Source: a virus. Taken from it: a stretch of DNA of 64,000 nucleotides. Location: IMG/VR virus record IMGVR_UViG_3300045988_147882; one strand, 5' to 3'. Within the stretch, counting starts at the first letter, position 1, and each line of letters starts with the position of its first letter. The notes below the pieces were generated by a model. That model ran no database searches and had not been told where the DNA came from. It saw only the letters and a list, made by a program, of their open reading frames with translations. Positions 24,593 to 33,932 of the stretch are shown here, in pieces. The translations under genes were made by a program, and so were the position numbers.

Positions 24593-24996
24593 ATGAATTT
24601 TAAATCATTGGTAGCTCAATTAGCAAATCGCATCAATCAGCCGCATGTGGTTGAAACATATATGCGTAAAGTTTTTGCGTCTGGTGTTGAGTGGCAGAAA
24701 AAGCAATCTCCATGGATAAGAGTAGAAGAACGATTACCAGATGAAGAGTAGCGTGTTTTAGTCGGATTTTTATATTACTATAAATACGATGATAGAGAAG
24801 CTGAATCACGTAAGCATATAGATGTATTCACGTATGAAAATGGTATATGGACTACTGATAGTGATATATCATATTTAGGAAAAGTGTCGAAAAGGATGAT
24901 ATTAAGGTTATATGTTGGATGCCTATTCTGTCTTTCGATGAAATATTGGAAGCCAACAGAGATGTACTAGAACGGATTAAAAAGAAAGGAGACTGA
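24593..24996 (+). pseudogene. DUF551-like gene interrupted by an in-frame TAG (24749-24751) and a -1 frame change near 24865-24904
   Basis: The sequence ...SPWIRVEERLPDEE*RVLVGF... continues in the same frame. The C-terminal KVICWMPILSFDEIL...KKGD is in the -1 frame, and its stop overlaps the next ATG (TGATG at 24994). Confidence 0.6.
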
Positions 24997-25412
24997 TGAT
25001 GACAGCAAAAGAATTAAGTAAGTTAATCACTACTGGCAGAAAACTGAAAAAGTTTATTAAAGAAACTCTCCCTAAAATCAGAGAAGAGTTTCAAAGCCAT
25101 AGCAATAGTGGAATAGATAAGCATACAGATGGATTTGGCAGAAGGGAGAGTATTCAGAGTATGAATATAAGTAATCTTTGTTATTTTTCTTTTTCTGGCA
25201 GTTATGGAAGTGGAGACACATATTCGGATATAGCAAATATGGATACTGATTTGATGCAGGAATACTTTATCAAATATCTGAATAGGCATAAGGATGAAAT
25301 AATGGAGGGAGTAGCAGATTTAATGATAAATGATGCAAAATCAGGTCAAGAAGATGCTATTAAGGAAATAGACGAGTATAAAAAATCACTGCTAAAACTA
25401 TTGGAGGAATAA
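24996..25412 (+). CDS. hypothetical protein (138 aa)
   Basis: ORF only. Confidence 0.5.
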   Translation: MMTAKELSKLITTGRKLKKFIKETLPKIREEFQSHSNSGIDKHTDGFGRRESIQSMNISNLCYFSFSGSYGSGDTYSDIANMDTDLMQEYFIKYLNRHKDEIMEGVADLMINDAKSGQEDAIKEIDEYKKSLLKLLEE

Positions 25413-25433
25413 AATAACAGAAAGGAATAAATT

Positions 25434-25661
25434 ATGCAATACATATTAACAGAACAAGAATATAGAGCTTTGACCCCTATTAGTGAGGTAAATAAGCTCA
25501 AAGAAGAAGTACAGCTTCTTAATGATAAAGTTATGGAGCTTAGTGAACATCCATGTGGAAGTGGCGCAGATTATAGAAGTGTAACCTTTTATTGTGATGA
25601 TTGTCCGATTGGTGCGTTTGGAACCGGAACTTGCACAAAGAGTCAACAATATTCTAAATAA
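25434..25661 (+). CDS. hypothetical protein (75 aa) with Cys cluster
   Basis: ORF; HPCGSG...YCDDCPIGAFGTGTC. Confidence 0.45.
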   Translation: MQYILTEQEYRALTPISEVNKLKEEVQLLNDKVMELSEHPCGSGADYRSVTFYCDDCPIGAFGTGTCTKSQQYSK

Positions 25662-25697
25662 CACTCAAAATACAGTCTGTAATGAATAAAAGCAAAA

Positions 25698-25730
25698 GGC
25701 GGGTTGCAAAGCCGCCTCCTGTTTATTTTA
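25698..25730 (+). terminator. Hairpin GGCGG-N-CCGCC with a weak T tract
   Basis: aaaGGCGGgttgcaaagCCGCCtcctgtttatttt. Confidence 0.45.
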
Positions 25731-25949
25731 GATGGGTACACACTCTGTCACGTATTCAATTAACTAATAACTGTCACTTACGAGATTGAAAAATGCTTCC
25801 CATCCTACCGTCTAATTGATTTTGGACATCCATATAGCCCCACGGTAGTAAAGCTATAGGAGTCCTTTTAAAATTATGTTTTTCATAAAAATAAAATTAA
25901 GTCGCTTGCACCGTGCAAACGACATCCAAAAGTAACAATTTAAAATAAT

Positions 25950-26381
25950 ATGGCAAAAATTTATGTAGCAAGTAGTTGGAGAAATGTATTTCAACAGGAC
26001 GTTGTAGATATTCTCCGTGATTTAGGACATGAGGTTTACGATTTTAAGAATCCCCCACATGGTAATGGTGGTTTCCAATGGTCTGATATAGATCCTGATT
26101 GGCAGAACTGGACAACAGAGCAATATAGAGAAGCGCTTAATCACCCAATTGCGCAGAAAGGTTTTGATTCGGATTTCAACGGTATGCAGTGGGCTGATGT
26201 CTGCGTTATGGTTCTCCCTTGTGGTCGGTCTGCTAACACAGAAGCGGGTTGGATGAAAGGTGCAGGTAAAAAGGTGATGGTTTATTCTCCGAAAAAGGAA
26301 GAACCGGAACTTATGTATAAGATATACGATTTTGTGAGTGATAGCATATTTCGTATCAATGATGAGATAATTGGAGTATAA
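25950..26381 (+). CDS. nucleoside 2-deoxyribosyltransferase-like protein
   Basis: KIYVASSWRN N-terminus and overall size resemble the Ndt-like/DUF4406 fold; tentative. Confidence 0.4.
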   Translation: MAKIYVASSWRNVFQQDVVDILRDLGHEVYDFKNPPHGNGGFQWSDIDPDWQNWTTEQYREALNHPIAQKGFDSDFNGMQWADVCVMVLPCGRSANTEAGWMKGAGKKVMVYSPKKEEPELMYKIYDFVSDSIFRINDEIIGV

Positions 26382-26392
26382 CTGTTTTAGTA

Positions 26393-27310
26393 ATGAACAT
26401 CGGAATATTAGCAGTTGACAGTAATTATCCTAATCTAGCTTTGATGAAGATAAGTGCATGGCACAAGGCAAGAGGCGACAATGTGGAATGGTATAACCCT
26501 TTGTGCTCATACGATAAAGTTTATTCGGCAAAGGTATTCTCCTTTACTCCAGATTATGGCTATTACATCAATACCAATCAGATTGAGAAAGGTGGTACAG
26601 GGTATGACATAAGCAAGGTTCTTCCAGTAGAAGTTGATAAAATAGTTCCCGACTATAACCTGTATAATATTGATAAGAATCTGGCTTATGGCTTCCTTAC
26701 CCGTGGCTGTCCTAATCGTTGCAAATGGTGTGTCGTTCCTGCCAAAGAAGGCAACATAACTCCATACATGGATATAGAAGAAGTATCTGCCGGGCGAAAG
26801 AACGTAATACTCATGGATAACAATGTACTTGCATCCGATTATGGATTACAACAGATTGAAAAGATTGTCTCCATGGGCGTACGAGTAGACTTCAATCAGG
26901 GCTTAGATGCTCGCTTGGTAACAGACGACATCGCCCGGCTACTGGCAAGAGTAAAGTGGATGAAGCGCATACGGTTCGGCTGTGACACACCGGGACAGAT
27001 TGCCGAATGTGAGCGTGCCACAGCTTTGATTGACAAGTACGGGTACAAAGGCGAATACTTCTTTTATTGTATCCTGCTCAGTGACTTCAAAGAATCGTTT
27101 GAGCGTGTCAATCATTGGAAGAACAAAGGCGGTCGGTTCTTACCGCATTGCCAGCCTTATAGGGATTTGAATAATCCACGTCAAATTATTCCTCAATGGC
27201 AAAAGGATTTAGCCGGATGGGCTGATAAGAAGTGGGTGTTTAGAAGCTGTGAATTTAAAGACTTTACTCCTAGAAAGGGTTTTAAGTGTAGGGAGTATTT
27301 TCAAAAATAA
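26393..27310 (+). CDS. radical SAM enzyme
   Basis: CPNRCKWC (CxxxCxxC) preceded by a Rossmann-like N-terminal segment. Confidence 0.75.
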   Translation: MNIGILAVDSNYPNLALMKISAWHKARGDNVEWYNPLCSYDKVYSAKVFSFTPDYGYYINTNQIEKGGTGYDISKVLPVEVDKIVPDYNLYNIDKNLAYGFLTRGCPNRCKWCVVPAKEGNITPYMDIEEVSAGRKNVILMDNNVLASDYGLQQIEKIVSMGVRVDFNQGLDARLVTDDIARLLARVKWMKRIRFGCDTPGQIAECERATALIDKYGYKGEYFFYCILLSDFKESFERVNHWKNKGGRFLPHCQPYRDLNNPRQIIPQWQKDLAGWADKKWVFRSCEFKDFTPRKGFKCREYFQK

Positions 27311-27377
27311 GATTTAATCTTTAGGATTTTATGTTGAACCTAGGTGTGTCTTTAAACAAGATGCACCTTTAGTTTTT

Positions 27378-28172
27378 GTGATGATGAGAAAAATGATTGT
27401 AACCGGCAGTGAGGGATTTATTGGTAAAGCCCTTTGCCGAGAATTAGCTAAAAGGGATGTCGAAGTCATAGGACTTGATCGAAAGTCTGGTATTGAAGCC
27501 ACAAAAGTATGTGAGCTCCTGAAAAATGGGGGTATTGATTGTGTGTTCCATTTGGCGGCGCAAACTAGTGTGTTTAATGGAAACCTGGAACAGATCAGGA
27601 AGGATAACATTGATACTTTCATGCGAGTAGCTGATGCTTGCAATCAAAATCATGTGAAGTTAATATATGCCAGTTCGTCAACGGCTAATCCGGAGAATAC
27701 CACTTCTATGTATGGAATAAGCAAGTATTTCGATGAACAGTATGCATCTATCTATTGTAAGGCTGCGACCGGGTGCCGGCTGCATAATGTATATGGACCT
27801 AATCCGCGAAAAAGAACTCTTCTCTGGTTCCTGATGGAAAAGGAAAACGTGTCATTATACAACTGTGGTCAGAATATCCGGTGCTTCACTTACATAGATG
27901 ATGTCATTGAGGGGCTTATCTATTCGGTGGGTTGTAACCGGCAACTTATCAATATTTGTAACGTCCAACCTGTGACTACTATGTATTTTGCTTCTTTAGT
28001 AAGATACTACAAACCGCTTGAAATTGAGCTAATTAATGAAAAACGGGATTTTGACAATTTAGAGCAGTCGGTGAACCGGGATATCTATTTAGTACCTTTG
28101 TCTTACACATCTGTCGAGGACGGAGTAAAGAAGATCTTTGATGAAAGGAAAGGGAAAGATATGTCGTATTGA
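27378..28172 (+). CDS. NAD-dependent epimerase/dehydratase (extended SDR)
   Basis: VTGSEGFIGKAL (GxxGxxG), SSSTA and YGISKYFDE (YxxxK). Confidence 0.8.
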   Translation: MMMRKMIVTGSEGFIGKALCRELAKRDVEVIGLDRKSGIEATKVCELLKNGGIDCVFHLAAQTSVFNGNLEQIRKDNIDTFMRVADACNQNHVKLIYASSSTANPENTTSMYGISKYFDEQYASIYCKAATGCRLHNVYGPNPRKRTLLWFLMEKENVSLYNCGQNIRCFTYIDDVIEGLIYSVGCNRQLINICNVQPVTTMYFASLVRYYKPLEIELINEKRDFDNLEQSVNRDIYLVPLSYTSVEDGVKKIFDERKGKDMSY

Positions 28173-28704
28173 CGACTGGGATAAGCCGGAAGCGGTGAAA
28201 TGTAAGAGCTGGTCTCATCAGGAACGGTTATGTGATCTGAAAGAAAAGGTATCACTTCATAAAAAGGGTGATATCTATTACATCTCCCAGTTCACCCGTT
28301 CCAAGACTGGTACCAGCTTTTCAGAAATTAAACAGTCGGAGGAACTTGCATCATTCTTTGCAGAGAGAGCGTGTGAGTTTCTCCACCGCTTCATAGTAGG
28401 GGGATATGAAGGATGGTGTATAGTCACCACACCGCGACGGAGACACAACGAGGGCTTTCATTTTTCAACCTCTATCTGTACGAAAATTGCGGGGGCGGTG
28501 AAAATACCATTCTATGAGAATGCAATCCAGTGCCTAACTAAAGATAGATTGAATCCAGAATTCTTTCTTCTTCGTCCGATAAAGGAAAAGAAAATAATAG
28601 TGTATGATGACATATTAACAACTGGCAGCACACTGCTTGCCACCTATGAGCTTTTAAAGGATAGAGAGCAGCTTCTTTTTCTCGTAGGAATAAATAACAA
28701 ATGA
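28138..28704 (+). CDS. ComF-like phosphoribosyltransferase
   Basis: PRPP-binding motif IIVYDDILTTGSTL; the start is uncertain because it overlaps the upstream gene. Confidence 0.65.
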   Translation: MMKGKGKICRIDDWDKPEAVKCKSWSHQERLCDLKEKVSLHKKGDIYYISQFTRSKTGTSFSEIKQSEELASFFAERACEFLHRFIVGGYEGWCIVTTPRRRHNEGFHFSTSICTKIAGAVKIPFYENAIQCLTKDRLNPEFFLLRPIKEKKIIVYDDILTTGSTLLATYELLKDREQLLFLVGINNK

Positions 28705-28705
28705 T

Positions 28706-29251
28706 ATGGGAAAGCAAGAGAAACCATTAACATTCAAGCAAGAGAAATTCTGTAAATACTACGTTGATACAGAAGGTAATGCTAGTGAAGCATATAGGAT
28801 GTCTTATGATGCGTCAAAGATGAAACCTGAAACGATTTGGAGTGCTGCTAGCAGATTGTTAGCCAATAGCAAGGTTAGTGCAAGGATAAGTGAGATTAAG
28901 CAACAGAGGGCGAAAGAGACTGAAGTAGAGAGGAAAACGGTCGAGAAGGTATTAATGGATATTGTACTCGCTGATCCCGATGATTTACATTATGTAGACC
29001 CTGTTACCGGGAAAACAAAGATGAGAAGTCCGTCCCAACTTCCAAAGCGCGCCCGTAATGCGTTGAAGAAGATTCAGAATAATAGAGGAGTGGTTAATTA
29101 TGAGTTCAACGGCAAGACAGAAGCCGCCCGGATTCTTGGTGCCTGGAATGGATGGGAAGCCGATAAGAATGTCAACATCAAAGGTGGAGACGGAAATAAA
29201 GTCGGTGAACTTCGTATCGGATTTGAAGATAATGAGAATTCGGAAGAATAG
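28706..29251 (+). CDS. terminase small subunit
   Basis: LTFKQEKFCKYYVDTEGNASEAYRMSY is typical of the Terminase_2 family; lies directly upstream of the large terminase. Confidence 0.75.
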   Translation: MGKQEKPLTFKQEKFCKYYVDTEGNASEAYRMSYDASKMKPETIWSAASRLLANSKVSARISEIKQQRAKETEVERKTVEKVLMDIVLADPDDLHYVDPVTGKTKMRSPSQLPKRARNALKKIQNNRGVVNYEFNGKTEAARILGAWNGWEADKNVNIKGGDGNKVGELRIGFEDNENSEE

Positions 29252-29312
29252 AACAATTTGAACTGCAAAATCCGGTATTCATCCTACGGAGAAACCTTAC
29301 TTTTAGAACAAT

Positions 29313-31328
29313 ATGGTTATAAATTATAAGAAGCTAAATCCTAACGGATTCTATCTATTGAAGTACTTGAATGATGAGACTATCCGTTTTATCATTCTCT
29401 ATGGAGGTTCATCTTCCGGTAAGTCGTATAGTGTGGCACAAACAATACTGATACAGACATTACAGGATGGTGAGAACACTCTTGTCATGCGTAAGGTAGG
29501 AGCTTCTATTCTCAAAACCATTTATGAAGATTATAAGGTCGCTGCGATCGGTCTTGGCATCTCCCATTTGTTCAAATTTCAACAGAATACTATTAAATGT
29601 CTGGTAAATGGTGCGAAGATAGATTTCTCCGGTCTTGACGATCCGGAGAAGATAAAAGGTATCTCTAACTATAAGCGAGTTCAGTTAGAGGAATGGTCAG
29701 AGTTCGAGCATCCGGATTTCAAGCAGCTACGTAAGCGTTTGCGTGGTAAGAAAGGGCAGCAGATTATTTGTACCTTTAACCCGATCAGTGAAAGCCATTG
29801 GATAAAGAAAGAGTTTATTGATAAAGATAAATGGCATGATGTACCGATGACTGTTACCATTGCCGGCAAAGAGTTGCCGGAAGAACTTACCAAGGTCAAA
29901 TCCGTAAGAAAGAACGCACCCAGGCAAATACTTAATCTTCGTACTAAGCAAATCGAGGAACAGGCCCCTAATACAGTTATTATCCAATCTACCTATTTGA
30001 ATAATTTTTGGGTTGTTGGTAGTCCTGACGGTACGTATGGTTTCTATGATGAGCAATGTGTTGCCGACTTTGAGTATGATAGAGTTCACGATCCGGACTA
30101 TTACAATGTGTACGCATTGGGAGAATGGGGTGTCATTCGTACCGGTAGTGAGTTCTTCGGTTCCTTCAATCGTGGCAAACATTCCGGTGAGCATAAGTAT
30201 GTTCCGGACTTACCTATTCATATCTCTGTCGATAACAACGTGCTTCCGTATATCAGCGTATCATATTGGCAGGTCGATTTCACAACTGGTACCAAGGTTT
30301 GGCAATTCCATGAAACGTGTGCTGAAAGCCCCAACAATACAGTAAAGAAAGCTTCCAAACTTGTTGCAAAGTATCTGAAATCTATCCAATATTCTGATAG
30401 GTTATATGTACATGGTGATGCATCAACGAAAGCGGCAAACAGCATTGACGATGAGAAGCGTTCCTGGATGGACTTATTCATAGATACATTGCAGAAAGAA
30501 GGATTCGAGATTGAAGATAAGGTAGGCAACAAGAATCCGAGTGTTGCCATGACCGGTGAGTTTATCAATGCTATCTTTGATTGTACTGTTCCCGGTATAG
30601 AGATACACATTGACGAATCATGTTCGGTATCTATTGAGGACTACATGAGCGTACAGAAAGATGCTAACGGTGCCATTCTTAAAACTAAGGTCAAGAATAA
30701 AACTACCTTGCAGACTTATGAGGAGCACGGACACCTGTCTGATACGTTCCGATATGTCGTTGTGGATTTGTGTAGTGAGCAGTATATAGAGTTTAGTAAC
30801 CGGCGAAAAAGAAACTTGTATGCTTGTAATGGCACTATTAATTTCTTCAATCCAGATACCGAATGTAAATACACTAAGAAGATTCTATATGTGATGCCGA
30901 ATGTTAATGGGAAATTTGTCCTTATACAAGCGTTTAGATGTGGAAATAAATGGCATGTTGTTGATGTCGTATTTATGGATACTACTTCAACAGAAGATAT
31001 ACGTTCTTCTATTTTGTCCCATGAATCTGATTCATGTGTAATTGAATGTACAGATGCTTATTTCCCTTTTATCCGGGAACTCCGTTCTAGTACAAACAAG
31101 GAGATTCGTGTAATGAAAGAGTTTCCGGATGTAGATAAGCGTATTGCTGCAACATCTGATTATGTGAAAAATAGTATTCTTTTTTCTGCATCAAAAGTAG
31201 AATCTGATACGGAATATGTTGCCTTCATGAATAATCTGATGGACTATAATAAAGATAGTGAAACAAAAGAGGCCAGTGCTGTTTTGAGTGGGCTAGTACA
31301 GTTCGTTGTAAAATTAGGTTTGAATTGA
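29313..31328 (+). CDS. terminase large subunit
   Basis: Walker A YGGSSSGKS, Walker B-like LEEWSEF, size and position. Confidence 0.85.
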   Translation: MVINYKKLNPNGFYLLKYLNDETIRFIILYGGSSSGKSYSVAQTILIQTLQDGENTLVMRKVGASILKTIYEDYKVAAIGLGISHLFKFQQNTIKCLVNGAKIDFSGLDDPEKIKGISNYKRVQLEEWSEFEHPDFKQLRKRLRGKKGQQIICTFNPISESHWIKKEFIDKDKWHDVPMTVTIAGKELPEELTKVKSVRKNAPRQILNLRTKQIEEQAPNTVIIQSTYLNNFWVVGSPDGTYGFYDEQCVADFEYDRVHDPDYYNVYALGEWGVIRTGSEFFGSFNRGKHSGEHKYVPDLPIHISVDNNVLPYISVSYWQVDFTTGTKVWQFHETCAESPNNTVKKASKLVAKYLKSIQYSDRLYVHGDASTKAANSIDDEKRSWMDLFIDTLQKEGFEIEDKVGNKNPSVAMTGEFINAIFDCTVPGIEIHIDESCSVSIEDYMSVQKDANGAILKTKVKNKTTLQTYEEHGHLSDTFRYVVVDLCSEQYIEFSNRRKRNLYACNGTINFFNPDTECKYTKKILYVMPNVNGKFVLIQAFRCGNKWHVVDVVFMDTTSTEDIRSSILSHESDSCVIECTDAYFPFIRELRSSTNKEIRVMKEFPDVDKRIAATSDYVKNSILFSASKVESDTEYVAFMNNLMDYNKDSETKEASAVLSGLVQFVVKLGLN

Positions 31329-31454
31329 ATTGCGTTATATGTGATTGAAAATAAGGATGTTGTATTGTTGATATTATGTTTTCGTAATTTCAAGATTTTA
31401 GTGTTTTGGAAAACGGTTTTCCTTTTTACTTAGTTTTGCTCAAAAAGGAACCCA

Positions 31455-32900
31455 ATGAATATTTTTTTTGATAATCTATTTGGAAAGAAATCTAAGACTA
31501 AAGGTGAAGTTGAAATAGTTACTTCATCTGAAAATAAGGATATAGATACTCAAAGTGGCAAGGCTGAAAAATGGTCAGTTGCATACATTGAGGACCTTAC
31601 TAGTCCTATTGTAGCGGGCAGTAACTATCTAACGCTATTCAGTACGATACCTGAAGTCTTTTTCCCGATCGATTATATTGCATCGCGAATTGCAGGTGCT
31701 AATTTTCAATTGAAGAAAACTAAGGATGACAGTATAGTATGGGCGAATAAACGAATGAATGGCATACTTAGTCGTCCTAATTGTTTGATGCGTTGGAAAG
31801 AATTGATTTATCAGCACCATATTTATAAATTGTGTACAGGGAATAGCTTTATTCGTGCCGCTATGCCTGATGTCTTTTCTACAGCTGAAAAATGGAGATA
31901 TTGCGATAATTATTGGGTGCTACCTTCTGATAAGACTATTGTAGAACCTGTTTACGGGAATATACCATTGTTTGGCATTGCCCAAACAGAAGATATTATT
32001 CGTAGCTATCGTTTGGAGTATGGTTGGAATGGTAGTTTGGAAATTCCTCCATACCAAATATGGCATGATAGAGACGGAAGTGCAGAGTTCTATTCAGGGG
32101 CTATGTTCTTGAAGTCCAAAAGTCGTCTTGCTTCCCAAAATAAGCCAATGTCAAATCTAATAGCTGTATATGAAGCTAGAAATGTGATTTATGTAAAGCG
32201 GGGTGGATTGGGCTTTATTGTAAGTAAGAAAACTGATGCTACCGGTTCAATAGCGTTGACTGACGATGAAAAGGAACAGCTTTTGAAGCAAAATTTTGAG
32301 AAGTATGGTGTAAGGAAGGGCCAGGTACCTTATGGTATTTCAGATGCAGACATTGACTTTGTTCGTACTAATCTTTCTATTGCAGAGTTACAGCCGTTTG
32401 AAGAGACTTTGGCTGATGCAATAAATATTGCAGGGGCATACGGCATCCCTGCCGTTCTTGTTCCGCGAAAAGACCAGTCCACATTTAGCAATCAGGCTAC
32501 TGCTGAAAAGAGCGTATATTGTTCAACTGTTATTCCTATGGCCAAACAATTCTGCAAGGATTTTACAGCTTTCCTTGGTCTTGAAGGAGGGGGATATTAT
32601 TTGGATTGTGATTTCTCTGATGTTGATTGTTTGCAGGAAGGATTGAAAGAATCCGAAGACGTAAAGACAAATATAAATAAACGTTGTCGTGAACAATTCT
32701 CATGTGGGCTTATAACACTCAATGACTGGCGTGCCCAAATAGGCGAAAGTATGATAGAAAATCCCTTGTTTGACAAATTGAAATTTGATATGTCAGATGA
32801 GGAACTGGATAAAGTAAATCGAGTTTTTAACACTAAAAGTGGAGATGAAAAAGATGGAAGAGAAAATCAAAAGCCTTCAGTACAAGACAAAGGCAAATGA
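31455..32900 (+). CDS. portal protein
   Basis: 481 aa, between the terminase and the prohead protease. Confidence 0.7.
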   Translation: MNIFFDNLFGKKSKTKGEVEIVTSSENKDIDTQSGKAEKWSVAYIEDLTSPIVAGSNYLTLFSTIPEVFFPIDYIASRIAGANFQLKKTKDDSIVWANKRMNGILSRPNCLMRWKELIYQHHIYKLCTGNSFIRAAMPDVFSTAEKWRYCDNYWVLPSDKTIVEPVYGNIPLFGIAQTEDIIRSYRLEYGWNGSLEIPPYQIWHDRDGSAEFYSGAMFLKSKSRLASQNKPMSNLIAVYEARNVIYVKRGGLGFIVSKKTDATGSIALTDDEKEQLLKQNFEKYGVRKGQVPYGISDADIDFVRTNLSIAELQPFEETLADAINIAGAYGIPAVLVPRKDQSTFSNQATAEKSVYCSTVIPMAKQFCKDFTAFLGLEGGGYYLDCDFSDVDCLQEGLKESEDVKTNINKRCREQFSCGLITLNDWRAQIGESMIENPLFDKLKFDMSDEELDKVNRVFNTKSGDEKDGRENQKPSVQDKGK

Positions 32901-33915
32901 TGTTGATGAGAAGGGTATCGTTACCGTTGCGGTGAACGGTATCGGTGTGAAGGACTCACAAAATGACATATCTATGCCCGGCTCATTCAATAAGACATTG
33001 AAAGAAAATATTGGTCGGATGCGTTGGTTCCTGAATCATCGTACAGACCAGTTGTTAGGTGTTCCGTTGAGTGGTAAGGAAACAGAAGGTAATTTGGTTA
33101 TGGTCGGTCAGTTAAATCTTGAAAAACAGATTGGCCGTGATACGTTAGCTGATTATAAGCTGTTTGCAGAGAATGGAAGAACCCTAGAACACTCTATCGG
33201 AGTAAAAGCCATCAAAAGGGATTCTATCGATCCTTGTAAGGTGCTTGAATGGCGTATGATGGAATATTCAACATTGACAAGTTGGGGGAGTAATCCACAG
33301 ACGTTCCTTGTGAATATCAAGTCTGCTACTGCTGACCAGGTAAAGGAAGCTGTTGATTTCGTCCGGAAAGCGTTCTTGCAGCATGGATATAGTGATGAAC
33401 GTTTAAAAGGATACGATATGGAATTAAGTTTATTACTGAAGAGCCTCAACGGTGGTGCCGTTGTCTCATGTCCTCATTGTGGTTATCAATTTGATTATGA
33501 TGCAGAAACAGAGCATACCTTTGCCCAACAGGTATTAGATTATGCTGCTGATTATCAGAGATGGATAACACAGGACATTGTAAGGGAAGAAATGGAGAAG
33601 CTCACTCCGGAGATTAGAACCCAAGTAATTTCTCTTATTGATTCTGTCAAATCAGAAAAGAAAGAATTTACTCAAAAGGGTCTACAAGACCTTATGAATT
33701 ATGTAAGATGTCCCCACTGTTGGGGAAAAGTATATCGTTCGAATGCTATTCTGCAAAACACTTCTGAAAATACCACCGGAAAAAATGAGCCGTCTGTTGA
33801 CACTCAAGAAAAGAATGACGGGGAAAATGGGAACGATGAAGTAACGATTAAAGCCGCTGATAATGGCACTTTACTCGATTTCAAGAGTTTGAATAGCTGT
33901 TTCGAGAATAAATAA
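32839..33915 (+). CDS. prohead protease (HK97-type) with C-terminal zinc-ribbon pairs
   Basis: VKDSQNDISMPGSFNKTL...FLNHR, CPHCGYQF and CPHCWGKVY; position before the capsid gene. Confidence 0.6.
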   Translation: MEMKKMEEKIKSLQYKTKANDVDEKGIVTVAVNGIGVKDSQNDISMPGSFNKTLKENIGRMRWFLNHRTDQLLGVPLSGKETEGNLVMVGQLNLEKQIGRDTLADYKLFAENGRTLEHSIGVKAIKRDSIDPCKVLEWRMMEYSTLTSWGSNPQTFLVNIKSATADQVKEAVDFVRKAFLQHGYSDERLKGYDMELSLLLKSLNGGAVVSCPHCGYQFDYDAETEHTFAQQVLDYAADYQRWITQDIVREEMEKLTPEIRTQVISLIDSVKSEKKEFTQKGLQDLMNYVRCPHCWGKVYRSNAILQNTSENTTGKNEPSVDTQEKNDGENGNDEVTIKAADNGTLLDFKSLNSCFENK

Positions 33916-33932
33916 CTTAAAATTTAAATTTT

